Position numbers and translations under genes: made by a program. This document shows positions 1 to 9,493 of a stretch of 64,000 nt of DNA, in pieces (position 1 is the stretch's first letter; each line of letters begins with the position of its first letter). Under the pieces are notes generated by a model. It was not told the DNA's origin. It searched no databases and saw only the letters and a list, made by a program, of their open reading frames with translations. The DNA comes from an uncultured bacterium (GTDB lineage Bacteria > Babelota > Babeliae > Babelales > Babelaceae): positions 160,001-224,000 of the forward strand of contig CAVRKK010000002.1 of NCBI GenBank assembly GCA_963722385.1. Direction: 5' to 3'.

Positions 1-104
1 GCGTTCCCGTTGTACCTTGGCGAAGTTGCTGCATAAGCACGCTCTTACTTCAGCAAGCAGGTATTGCTTTGTATCCCTTTGGCAAACTTAACTTTTCCCA
101 ACTA

Positions 105-2192
105 TTAAAAGCCCAAATCAGCAAAGAAAGCATCGCTACGAGGCTCACGGCCCAGGAAGTCACGAAGAAGCTGAGCAGGTGGCTTGCTGCCGCCCTTGCT
201 CAGAATCGTTTCGACATAGCGCTTTCCTACCATTTGATCAAGCAGGCCGTGCGCTTTGATATATTCAAACAAGTCGAGTGCATAGACTTTTGACCAGAGA
301 TAGCCATAGTACCGGGAGCCGTAGCCTGTCAAATGCCCAAAGGAGCACTCAAAATGGTCTTCAGGCATACGCGCCATATAAGGGCGTATCTTTGCTTGCA
401 GCTCGCTAATAAGAGCATGCATATCCTCAGAGCTCCTAAATGCCTCAAGCGACGTTTTTGCCAAAACAAGCTGACGCCGCACAAAATCCCCCGAGTCAAA
501 ATTCTTGAGCTTAACAAGCATATCAATTAAGTCATCAGGTAATGGCTTACCGGTTTTATAATGCTTGCTAATCTGCTTAATCGTATCCTTGTCCCACATC
601 CACTCCTCAAGCATTTGAGATGGCATCTCAACAAAGTCCCGCTTTACGTTGGTACCAGCAAAACCATTCAAATGGGTGGCACTCAACAAAGCATGAAGCG
701 CATGCCCAAATTCATGGAAAAAGGTGGTAACGTCGCTATGAAGAAGCAGTGCGGGCCGATCTGCTTGGGGCTTGGGAAAGTTGGCAATCACCAAACTTGC
801 TCCTGGTGTATGCTTCCCTTTTTCTTCCAAAGATGGTACAAGAGTTATGTGGCAGGCGTGCGTATACTTATCTTTGCGGGGGAACAGGTCAAGAATAAGG
901 TAACCAAGCAGTGTCCCATCAGCACGACGCGCTTCTATAACGCTCGCGTCGGTATGCCACGGCACGGTCGCTGGTACACGCTTGAGCGAAATACTGAGGA
1001 ATCGCTCATAAATACCAAGCAGTGCCTGAATGGTGTGGTCAACGGGAAAGTACTCGGCAACAATACGATCATCAAAATTAAACTGCTTCTTGCGATAAGT
1101 ATTCTTTATAAATCCCCAGTCCCATGATTTGATATCTCCCTGTGGCGTCAACGATACGCCCGGGGGCAAATGCGCTTTATAGCGCTCAACTTCCTCTTGT
1201 GCTTTGGTACGTGACCTCTGCTCAATGTCCTGTAAAAATGCATCTACCGTTTCGGGGTTTTTGGCCATCTCCTCATCAATGTCGTAGTGAGCATAACTCG
1301 CGTAACCAAGCCTACTCGCCAATGTTTGGCGCAGTGCACGAACTTCGCGAAGCGGGTTTTCATTTATTGGATAAGCACGGCTAACGTACGCTTGCCAAAG
1401 CGCTTTACGCGTGCTTTCAACCACGCAATTTTCCATGACTGCTGAATAGGTCGGATAATCTACACCGAGCTTATAGAGCCCTTCCGGTGTTTGCGCTAAA
1501 CTCTTTATAAAAACAGGGTCAAGACCGGCAAGATCGCTTGCCAAAACGCTCACAAATTTTTGCGTAGCATCCTGGTTAATATTAAGATCAAACACCTGCT
1601 CTAATTCCGCGAGTTGCTTCTTAAGGGTCTTAAGCTCATTCTGCTGTTCATCAGGTAAATCAAGCCCATTGTGCTTATACCCTTTTAAGAGTTCAGTGCA
1701 ATAATAACGGTCTTCCTGAGTCAGCTTGTCGAGTTGGCCAGGCTTTTCAGCATATGCCTTAAGCGCCCGGTAAAGTTCTTTATTTTGCTCAAGAACCTCA
1801 ACAGCAAACTCTTGCAGTTTAATAACATTCGTACGAGAAGCGGCACGGAGCAATTCGTCCGGACTGACATTCATAAGCGCTTGTAGAATTCCTGCCTCGC
1901 GACCAAGCTCGCCGACCGCATTATCATAGGCCTGAAAGGTATTTGCAAATGTCTTCTGGTCATCCGATAAGCTTGTAATCTGGTTCACTATTTCACGGAT
2001 ATTTGCCATGACGGCATGTGATCGCTTATCGATTTCATGGGGGTTAGCAGGAAATAAAAGCATAACGTCTTCGACTTTATTTATCACCGGATGCATAGCG
2101 CGGCGCCCTCCTCTTAACCAGCCTAGACACCATAAAACAAAACAAAGAACGATAGCACAATAAGTTAGCGAGCGCGCCGTTTTTGCGGTCAT
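105..2192 (-). CDS. M3 family oligopeptidase (thimet oligopeptidase/oligopeptidase A-like) with N-terminal hydrophobic anchor
   Basis: TFFHEFGHALH zinc motif, DFVEMPSQMLEEW, GYGSRYYGYLWS, FLGREP C-terminus; start uncertain (2207/2192/2096). Confidence 0.92.
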   Translation of the reverse strand: MTAKTARSLTYCAIVLCFVLWCLGWLRGGRRAMHPVINKVEDVMLLFPANPHEIDKRSHAVMANIREIVNQITSLSDDQKTFANTFQAYDNAVGELGREAGILQALMNVSPDELLRAASRTNVIKLQEFAVEVLEQNKELYRALKAYAEKPGQLDKLTQEDRYYCTELLKGYKHNGLDLPDEQQNELKTLKKQLAELEQVFDLNINQDATQKFVSVLASDLAGLDPVFIKSLAQTPEGLYKLGVDYPTYSAVMENCVVESTRKALWQAYVSRAYPINENPLREVRALRQTLASRLGYASYAHYDIDEEMAKNPETVDAFLQDIEQRSRTKAQEEVERYKAHLPPGVSLTPQGDIKSWDWGFIKNTYRKKQFNFDDRIVAEYFPVDHTIQALLGIYERFLSISLKRVPATVPWHTDASVIEARRADGTLLGYLILDLFPRKDKYTHACHITLVPSLEEKGKHTPGASLVIANFPKPQADRPALLLHSDVTTFFHEFGHALHALLSATHLNGFAGTNVKRDFVEMPSQMLEEWMWDKDTIKQISKHYKTGKPLPDDLIDMLVKLKNFDSGDFVRRQLVLAKTSLEAFRSSEDMHALISELQAKIRPYMARMPEDHFECSFGHLTGYGSRYYGYLWSKVYALDLFEYIKAHGLLDQMVGKRYVETILSKGGSKPPAQLLRDFLGREPRSDAFFADLGF

Positions 2193-2232
2193 GGTCCAAG
2201 CCCTCAATAAAAAATGTTACTGAGCAAGTCTA

Positions 2233-4185
2233 TCAGAGGAGCTTTTTAAGTTCAAACCATTCATCGCGCAACTTAATGGCTGTTTCAAATTGAAAGCTCT
2301 CCGCCGCCTTATCCATTTGTCGCTCAAGCTCGGCAAGGCGATTAAGTAAGTCAGCTTGATCAGCAATCACTTTCTTAGGCCGTCCCTTGCGTGCCGCTTC
2401 CGCGATCGCTTTTTGGAGCGATGAGATGCTCTTGGTCACTTCGCGTTTAACGCCCAATGGCTGGATATCATGCTGCACATTATAAGCTTGCTGGAGGGAC
2501 CGGCGGCGGTCAGTCTCATCAATAGCTTCCTGCATTGAGCCGGTGATCTTGTCGGCATAAAGAACCACTTTAGATTCGGTATTACGCGCAGCACGCCCAA
2601 TAATCTGAATAAGCGACCGCTTATCCCGCAAAAAGCTCTCCACATCTGCGTCCATAATGGCAACAAGCGCTACCTCAGGCAAATCAATGCCCTCTCTCAG
2701 CAAGTTAACCCCCACCAAGCAGTCAAAAACACCAAGGCGTAGCTTATGTAAAAGCTCAGTACGTTCCGGTGTTTTGATATCATGGTGCATATAGCAAACT
2801 TTGATCTGTTGCTCCTGCAGGTACCGGGCAAGCTCTTCGGCAAGCTTTTTGGTTAAGACCATAACTAACGAGCGCGACCCTTTCTCTTTTGTCTCATTTA
2901 TAGATTCGATCAAGTGGGTCATTTGACCTTGGCGCGCATGCACTTCAATGGCTGGATCAACAATGCCTGTTGGTCGGATAATCTGCTCAACAATCGTATC
3001 GCTTTTTTCAAGCTCGTAACGGCTTGGCGTTGCTGATACAAAAATAACATCGTTAAAGTATTGCTCAATTTCACCAAAACGCAATGGCCTGTTATCGCGC
3101 GCTGATGGCAACCTAAAGCCAAAATCGATGAGCGTCTGCTTGCGAGCGGCATCGCCAGCATACATCCCCTTAAGCTGCGGCAACGCAATATGCGATTCGT
3201 CGATCACCACCAAGAAATCATCAAAGAAATCCAGCAAGCAATAAGGTTGCTCTCCTGTTGTGCGCCCGTCAAAGTGGATAGAATAATTTTCAATACCGGG
3301 ACACATGCCCAATTCATAGAGCAATTCGATGTCATGGCGAACGCGTGTTTGAATGCGCTCCTGATAAAGCGGATTGGCAAGCTGCGGCCACCATGTTTCA
3401 AGCTCGGCTTCAATACTATTTATAGCAGTTCGACGAGCATCCGGGGTTATAACAAAGTGGCGCGCCGGAAATACAAGCGCATTGTCCAACTCGGATAAGA
3501 CGGTGTTATCATGCCTGCTTACCCAAACAAGCTTCTCAATCACCGAGCCCGATAGCTCAATGCGCAGCTTCTCTTTTTGGTAAGGGAGGATAACTTCGAT
3601 CGTTGAGCCAAATACCTGAAAGGTCCCGGGTGCTTTTTCAATGTCATTACGAGCATATTGAATCAATATAAGCTGGCGTATAATATCAGCACGGCTCATC
3701 GTGTCGCCCACCTTAATCGAAAGCGCCAAATTGCGATAGTCGACCGGGCTGCCTAATGAATATATACACGATACTGACGCAACCACAATGGTATCTGGCC
3801 TGTTAATAAGGGAAGCCGTCGCTTCGATACGCAAGCGTTCAAGCTCACTATTAATTTTAGTTTCTTTAGCAACGTAAATATCTTGAGCGGGCAAGTATGA
3901 CTCGGGTTGATAATAATCGTAATAGCTAACAAAATAACAAACTTTATTTTCAGGAAAAAAGAGCGAAAATTCCTCGTATAACTGAGCTGCAAGCGTCTTG
4001 TTAGGCGAAAGAACAAGAACGGGTTTCGTCTGTTGCGCTATAACCTGCGCAACGGTGTACGTCTTACCAGACCCCGTCACCCCCAAAAGCGTCGAAATCC
4101 CCGGCCGCGCCGCTAAAAGCTTATCAATTGCTTGGCCCTGGTCGCCAGCAGGAGGAAATGGGGCATGTAGCTTAAAAAGTGCCAT
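2233..4185 (-). CDS. uvrB: Excinuclease ABC subunit B
   Basis: PAGDQ, LLGVTGSGKT Walker A, YFVSYYDYYQPE beta-hairpin, DESH, GFRLPSARDNRPL, C-terminal UVR domain. Confidence 0.97.
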   Translation of the reverse strand: MALFKLHAPFPPAGDQGQAIDKLLAARPGISTLLGVTGSGKTYTVAQVIAQQTKPVLVLSPNKTLAAQLYEEFSLFFPENKVCYFVSYYDYYQPESYLPAQDIYVAKETKINSELERLRIEATASLINRPDTIVVASVSCIYSLGSPVDYRNLALSIKVGDTMSRADIIRQLILIQYARNDIEKAPGTFQVFGSTIEVILPYQKEKLRIELSGSVIEKLVWVSRHDNTVLSELDNALVFPARHFVITPDARRTAINSIEAELETWWPQLANPLYQERIQTRVRHDIELLYELGMCPGIENYSIHFDGRTTGEQPYCLLDFFDDFLVVIDESHIALPQLKGMYAGDAARKQTLIDFGFRLPSARDNRPLRFGEIEQYFNDVIFVSATPSRYELEKSDTIVEQIIRPTGIVDPAIEVHARQGQMTHLIESINETKEKGSRSLVMVLTKKLAEELARYLQEQQIKVCYMHHDIKTPERTELLHKLRLGVFDCLVGVNLLREGIDLPEVALVAIMDADVESFLRDKRSLIQIIGRAARNTESKVVLYADKITGSMQEAIDETDRRRSLQQAYNVQHDIQPLGVKREVTKSISSLQKAIAEAARKGRPKKVIADQADLLNRLAELERQMDKAAESFQFETAIKLRDEWFELKKLL

Positions 4186-4370
4186 AATCACCACTCTGTT
4201 TTATTTCAGTTATATTTTTCAGTTATATATTTAGAAAATGTTTAATTTATTATAGCACAAGCAAAAAAATTAGCCACCCAATAAGAACTCCAAGCCGGTG
4301 CGCTTTTTTCGCATAACAACTTTAAGTACATGCTCGCCCGAGTTATTTCTTTGTCTATTTTGCATTTTTG

Positions 4371-4398
4371 TTGGCAAATTTTAAATTTTAGCTATAAT
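4371..4398 (+). promoter_or_regulatory. sigma70-like promoter upstream of the AAA ATPase
   Basis: TTGGCA-N16-TATAAT; near-identical copy at 14412-14439. Confidence 0.6.
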
Positions 4399-4468
4399 AA
4401 GAATAGATTTGATTCATCTATGTTATTGGATTTAAAGCTCACCGTTATTAGATAGGGAGATATACCTA

Positions 4469-5959
4469 ATGAGACACCCACGAGGCTTTGCTTTCTTAAG
4501 CTTAGTGCTTAGCTTCTTCTGCGTAGCACTTTCTGCCAATCAAGAATTTATTCGATTTGACGAGCATGGCCACTATGCCGGCCTCTCCGACTACGCTAAA
4601 AATCTTATCGCTCAATCACGAGATACGTTACGACGACGCAAAGAAGTATTCAGCAAAAAATTCAAGCAATTTGATGCTATTTATCATGCAGCCCATGTCA
4701 ATCGCCTCGCCCGCGGAAATATGTTTCTTTTTGGGCCACCGGGCGGTGCAAAATCAGCATTCTCAAGCTGGCTTTTTAGTCATGAGCTTGAGCCTGCCTT
4801 CAAGCTTCAGATGCACCAGATGATGACCGAGCAGGCTTTTGTGGGCGGCCAGAATATGAATAAGGCACGCGAAGGCCTTTTTGAAATCAACACACAGGGA
4901 AGCCTTGTTGATTTTAAGGTTGCCTTAGTTGATGAGCTTGATAAAGGTAATCCAGCAGCTTTGGCTGCGTTATTGAGCTTGCTCAACGAGCGCGAAGTAC
5001 TTATCGGTAATAAGGCCGTCAAGGCAAAGCTTGAGACGCTTCTTTCGACGAGTAATGCCAACCGCTACGAGATTTTTGAGCAATTTGCCGAAAACGGCAT
5101 GCGCTCAACGGCAGCTGCCTTACTAAATAGGTTTACCACCTCGGCCTTTGTTCCTAATTGGCTTGCCAAAGCTGACCAAGCAGCCATCGACCAGGAATAC
5201 CTCGCTTCATTTGATACAGTTTTTAATCGCGCCGATGGCGAAACTACGGTTGCCGATGAAAAGTTAACGCTTGATTGGGAAGCCCTCCGCAAATTAGCAT
5301 ATTACCTTTTGCGTCCTAACGAGGAATTTTTCAGCGTTTCACGCGAGTTTGTCGACGCCCTCCGTGCAAAAACTATCGAGGCAGTCCAGGAGAAGGTCTA
5401 TGAAACCTCAGAAGATACTCTGCCCTACTTCCCGACAGCTGAATTTACCGAGCGCCTCAGGCAACGAATACATGAAATAATCATTATGTCAGTGTTTCTT
5501 GATTTCTTGACCTCGCGCGTTGCTGATGATATCCCAAGCTTGGAAAATGCGCTCAAGCTCCTTCCTCATCACCGCTTTGAAATAAGTCCGCTTTCTCTCT
5601 GGCGAGCGTACTTAAGCATAACAACCGTAACAGCAGGCAAGGTAGCTCTTCGCTACCCTACAAAAGATGCTGCACAAGATCTCTCGATTGATTTTGGCTC
5701 CGTATTCCGCCAAAAATCAGGCGTTACGGCAAAACCTACCTACAAGGCAAAAGATAAGCGAGAAGAGCAAGAAATCATCTACGCCCTCGAGGAACAAGAT
5801 CGATTCAACCGCCTCTTCGTAACAACCATGAATAACCACAAGCAAGTGCTTGAGGATTCCGCCTCTTTTGGGGGCATGTTCTCTTGTCTGCTTGGCGACT
5901 GCGTTATTAACAAAAACTTACAAGATGTAGAACGACTTCTGATGGCGTTTGGCTCATAA
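4469..5959 (+). CDS. RavA/MoxR-like AAA+ ATPase with N-terminal signal peptide
   Basis: Walker A GPPGGAKS, Walker B LVDELDKG followed by AALAALLSLLNER (RavA-like), sensor STSN, ALLNRF arginine finger; N-terminus MRHPRGFAFLSLVLSFFCVALSA. Confidence 0.85.
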   Translation: MRHPRGFAFLSLVLSFFCVALSANQEFIRFDEHGHYAGLSDYAKNLIAQSRDTLRRRKEVFSKKFKQFDAIYHAAHVNRLARGNMFLFGPPGGAKSAFSSWLFSHELEPAFKLQMHQMMTEQAFVGGQNMNKAREGLFEINTQGSLVDFKVALVDELDKGNPAALAALLSLLNEREVLIGNKAVKAKLETLLSTSNANRYEIFEQFAENGMRSTAAALLNRFTTSAFVPNWLAKADQAAIDQEYLASFDTVFNRADGETTVADEKLTLDWEALRKLAYYLLRPNEEFFSVSREFVDALRAKTIEAVQEKVYETSEDTLPYFPTAEFTERLRQRIHEIIIMSVFLDFLTSRVADDIPSLENALKLLPHHRFEISPLSLWRAYLSITTVTAGKVALRYPTKDAAQDLSIDFGSVFRQKSGVTAKPTYKAKDKREEQEIIYALEEQDRFNRLFVTTMNNHKQVLEDSASFGGMFSCLLGDCVINKNLQDVERLLMAFGS

Positions 5960-5983
5960 CACGCGCAAAACGTTAAATAAGCA

Positions 5984-6020
5984 AAAACGCCTGCCGTATT
6001 AATTAAGCGGCAGGCGTTTT
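5984..6020 (+). terminator. Intrinsic terminator-like hairpin after the AAA gene
   Basis: AAAACGCCTGCCG / CGGCAGGCGTTTT inverted repeat. Confidence 0.7.
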
Positions 6021-6066
6021 GTTGCTCCCGAGGCCTCTTCGTTCTTTTGCTGCCCCTTGATTTTGC

Positions 6067-6094
6067 TTGTCTATTATTAAATTTCAGATATAAT
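6067..6094 (+). promoter_or_regulatory. sigma70-like promoter upstream of the transglutaminase-VWA gene
   Basis: TTGTCT-N16-TATAAT. Confidence 0.5.
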
Positions 6095-6150
6095 AGTTTA
6101 TGTATATTATTTTATTGAGCTCCTTATTGAAGATGTAATGAAAGAGTTCC

Positions 6151-9100
6151 ATGAAACTGATGCCCTTTCTCTTACTCCTTTTCTGCTTTAACTGCCTGGC
6201 ACCCGACATTGCTCCATTACCTGAGCAATGCTCTGATTACCAAAGCTTCGTTGAGCGCTTTAGCGCACTCAGCGCGTATTATGAAAAAGCTTTGGGGGTG
6301 TACAAAAATCCTTTTTTGTTCACCTTTACGACTGAAGAGGCAAACGCCATCTATAATTCTCTCCTTAGGCGCCCTAACGGCTTTTTCTGCGAGGAATCAT
6401 CGCTCTTTGCAATTCAAGAAGAAATCAAAACATCTAAAAATTATCGTATTGCCGACCTGAATAAATTACTTCTTGAAAAAATTATCGAGGATTCGCGGGA
6501 CGTTTTGGCGCGTAACGAAGCTTCTTTGCATGAACGCCAATCTCTTTTGATTGCCGTAAAAACGGCGCTTGAGTACTTAAGCCGATTCTATGAGTGTTAT
6601 GCCGAGCAGGTGTCTGATACGCAACAAAGCAAGAAGCAAGAAAGCGAGCAGGATGAGCCTGACTTCGATGAACCATCAAACGAATATACGCCATACACCA
6701 AAGATCTTTCGAAGCTTGAAAAGAAAAACACCAAGAAAATTGTTGCAGAGGTCCCTTTCAAGACCCCCGTCTTTGGTAACGTTATTTATTCCTTCATCGC
6801 GAGAAATCGCCCCTTGCAAACAAGCGCATTGCTCGATGAGAACATGCTGTTGCCAGCGGCAGTTACTGGTGAATATACCACGATGCTCGTGCGGACGTGT
6901 CCGAGCAAACAGTTTCAACTTTTACTACCTGCAGGATACGTACCGGCTCAAGGACAACTTGACGGCGCTATTATAAAACCTGATGGCAAAGGCTCTTATC
7001 GTGTGCAGCTTGAGCGCGATATTGAGCAATTTACCGTCCCGTTAAAAAAGCGCATAGGCGATTTGTCTGACTTTCAAAAAGAGCTGTATACAAGGCCGGT
7101 TGGCTTTGCTCTTGAGGAGTGGCCCGATGATATTCAGGCTAACATCATCCATAAGTTTAGCCCCGCAGAGCATAGCGCTGCAGAAATTGCCCAGGCAATT
7201 GTTAAGCATTTTGGCGAGCATTATACCTATAGCATGAAAGCGCAGCCTGAAACCGACCCGATCGACGCCCTTAAGGCGCGGTCATTTCAATGTGATATGG
7301 CTGCTTACAGCATGGCAAGCTTGCTGCGCGATGTTTTTGCTATTCCTGCCCGCATCGTGGCTGGCTATAGCGCTCAGAGAAAAACCAATAAAAGCTTACT
7401 CGTTTTGCCGAACACCGGCCATGCTTGGGTTGAAGTGTTTCACGATGGTGAATGGCATACCTATGACCCAACGCCACCAGGCGGCCCCGATGATGCTGAA
7501 GAAACGGAAGCCTCGGATGACAACCAGAGCCGCACCCAAGAGCAAAGCGCGGTACGAGAGTGGCAACCTGCGACAAATATAACTGAGCATACGCAAGATA
7601 ACCAAAAGCCAGATGACCAACCTCAGACAACTGACGACGAATTTATTTTTCCTGAATTGGCTAAAGTGCTTGAAGGGATCGACTTTTCTACCTTCACGGA
7701 CATGAACGTTTTAAGAAAGCATATTTTAAAAACCCTGCTCAGAGAACTCCTCAATCCACTGTTCAATTCAGAAGAAAGCTCCCACAAACTTAACTTATTT
7801 AAAAGCCTTTTAACCAAATTTACGCCAAAAGACGATCTGGTCTTTCAAGCACTATTGCTTCATAAAGAGCCACACGACCGGCTCCTTAATTGGCTTAAAG
7901 ATATCGAGATGAGGCTGTTTGCACGTGATATCAATCTTACCTATCAGGATCTTGCAAGAATTAGCCGTATTTTAAGCACGTATCAAAAAGTAGCTGAGAA
8001 TGACGTGCCCAGCGCTCTTATCGATCAGATTGTTCACAAGCTCCAGATGGCGCTCAGCGAGCTCTTGCCGCTCAAGGATGCCGATGCATGGGCAATGGCT
8101 TTAGCAGAGGACTTTAAGAAACAATCACCTGCCTTGCTCTGGAAAATGTTGCAGCGGGACTACAGCTTGACGGCGGTCGGTCCTAATCCTGAAACGATCG
8201 CCTTTGCGCATGACGTTGAAGATGGTAAGCACAATGACAAGAGGCTTATTAATGAACTTTATGACTATACCAACTTTATTCTTAACGCCGACACGCGCAA
8301 GGGCAGTACAGAAGTAAAAACGTGGCTCCGCGACCAGCGCAAACCTGGGCTTGATGTTTTGCCGCTACAAAGAATCGATGACTGGCGACGCGGCATCTTT
8401 ACCCGCCATGACCTCGACCCGTTTGAGAACATTGCAGGTGGCTATGCGTACTTGCTGGCCAAGCGAAAGAAAGTTACCTTGCCTACCGAAAAAAACAAGC
8501 AAGAGACTGAGCGGATAACGATCGTCGGCTTTGATACATCAGGTAGCATGTCAGGTAATAATGCTGAATTTCAGGCAGGGCTTATTGCTGCTTTTGTTTG
8601 CCGAGCACTCAATGACGTGTCACCTTCAGGTCGCCAGCGCCACCGCGTATTATTGGTACCTTTTGATGATACGGTAAAGTCGCCTATCAAAGTGTCAACC
8701 ACGCAGGACGCGCTGAATCTTATTAGGGACCACCGAGAGCTCTTGGCCAATACGGGAGGAGGCACTGATATCCAAGCGTTCCTCTTGCAGGCCATCAAGC
8801 TGATCGCGGATGCACAGGATCAAAAGAATCCATTTGACATCGCCAATATCATCCTTATGACAGATGGGCAATCGCCGCTCGATTATGAAGAGCTCAAGCG
8901 CGCTCGCCAGTCGATACATCGAAGCACCCCTCTTCAAACTATGTTTATTGCTATAGGCGACACCAATCCCGAGCTTATCAAGTTTGCGACTGAATCGCAA
9001 AAATTAGGGGCACAAGAAGGCTCATACAAAGAATTTTTGGGCCATGAAATTGATACGATTCTTAACCGAACACATAAAGTAGATCGTGGCGCCTATAACG

Positions 9101-9489
9101 ATTACTTTTATAGCTCAAAATCCGCTGAGCAGATCCCTTTTAAAACGCGCGAATATATTCACGGTGCGCATCAAATGGCAAGCACGCTGGCTCTCTACCT
9201 CCAGCAAGAATCAGCTCACGGCACCAACTATCGTGAGTTCATAGAGCCGCTTAAAATACCCCATGCAAAAGAGCTCTATTCAAAAAGAAGCCTAGAGAAC
9301 TGGATCCACGAAGTGCGACAAATGCTCGCCTACCATAAGGGTTTTCACGATGAGCGCATATTGAGCCTTGTTTTGTATAGCTTGATGCAAAACTTTGAAA
9401 AGCTGGCTGGCCTAAAGTTTTCTGACTTAAACCATTACGAAACCGAGCAATTAATACATCTGCTGGAAACTCCACTTGCTGAGGCTTAG
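6151..9489 (+). CDS. Signal peptide + transglutaminase-like domain + acidic linker + VWA (MIDAS) domain protein
   Basis: FQCDMAA..IPARIVAGY..GHAWVEV..W.TYDPTP (Cys-His-Asp triad); GFDTSGSMSG, GGGTDI, ILMTDG MIDAS; MKLMPFLLLLFCFNCLA N-terminus. Confidence 0.85.
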   Translation: MKLMPFLLLLFCFNCLAPDIAPLPEQCSDYQSFVERFSALSAYYEKALGVYKNPFLFTFTTEEANAIYNSLLRRPNGFFCEESSLFAIQEEIKTSKNYRIADLNKLLLEKIIEDSRDVLARNEASLHERQSLLIAVKTALEYLSRFYECYAEQVSDTQQSKKQESEQDEPDFDEPSNEYTPYTKDLSKLEKKNTKKIVAEVPFKTPVFGNVIYSFIARNRPLQTSALLDENMLLPAAVTGEYTTMLVRTCPSKQFQLLLPAGYVPAQGQLDGAIIKPDGKGSYRVQLERDIEQFTVPLKKRIGDLSDFQKELYTRPVGFALEEWPDDIQANIIHKFSPAEHSAAEIAQAIVKHFGEHYTYSMKAQPETDPIDALKARSFQCDMAAYSMASLLRDVFAIPARIVAGYSAQRKTNKSLLVLPNTGHAWVEVFHDGEWHTYDPTPPGGPDDAEETEASDDNQSRTQEQSAVREWQPATNITEHTQDNQKPDDQPQTTDDEFIFPELAKVLEGIDFSTFTDMNVLRKHILKTLLRELLNPLFNSEESSHKLNLFKSLLTKFTPKDDLVFQALLLHKEPHDRLLNWLKDIEMRLFARDINLTYQDLARISRILSTYQKVAENDVPSALIDQIVHKLQMALSELLPLKDADAWAMALAEDFKKQSPALLWKMLQRDYSLTAVGPNPETIAFAHDVEDGKHNDKRLINELYDYTNFILNADTRKGSTEVKTWLRDQRKPGLDVLPLQRIDDWRRGIFTRHDLDPFENIAGGYAYLLAKRKKVTLPTEKNKQETERITIVGFDTSGSMSGNNAEFQAGLIAAFVCRALNDVSPSGRQRHRVLLVPFDDTVKSPIKVSTTQDALNLIRDHRELLANTGGGTDIQAFLLQAIKLIADAQDQKNPFDIANIILMTDGQSPLDYEELKRARQSIHRSTPLQTMFIAIGDTNPELIKFATESQKLGAQEGSYKEFLGHEIDTILNRTHKVDRGAYNDYFYSSKSAEQIPFKTREYIHGAHQMASTLALYLQQESAHGTNYREFIEPLKIPHAKELYSKRSLENWIHEVRQMLAYHKGFHDERILSLVLYSLMQNFEKLAGLKFSDLNHYETEQLIHLLETPLAEA

Positions 9490-9493
9490 TCTC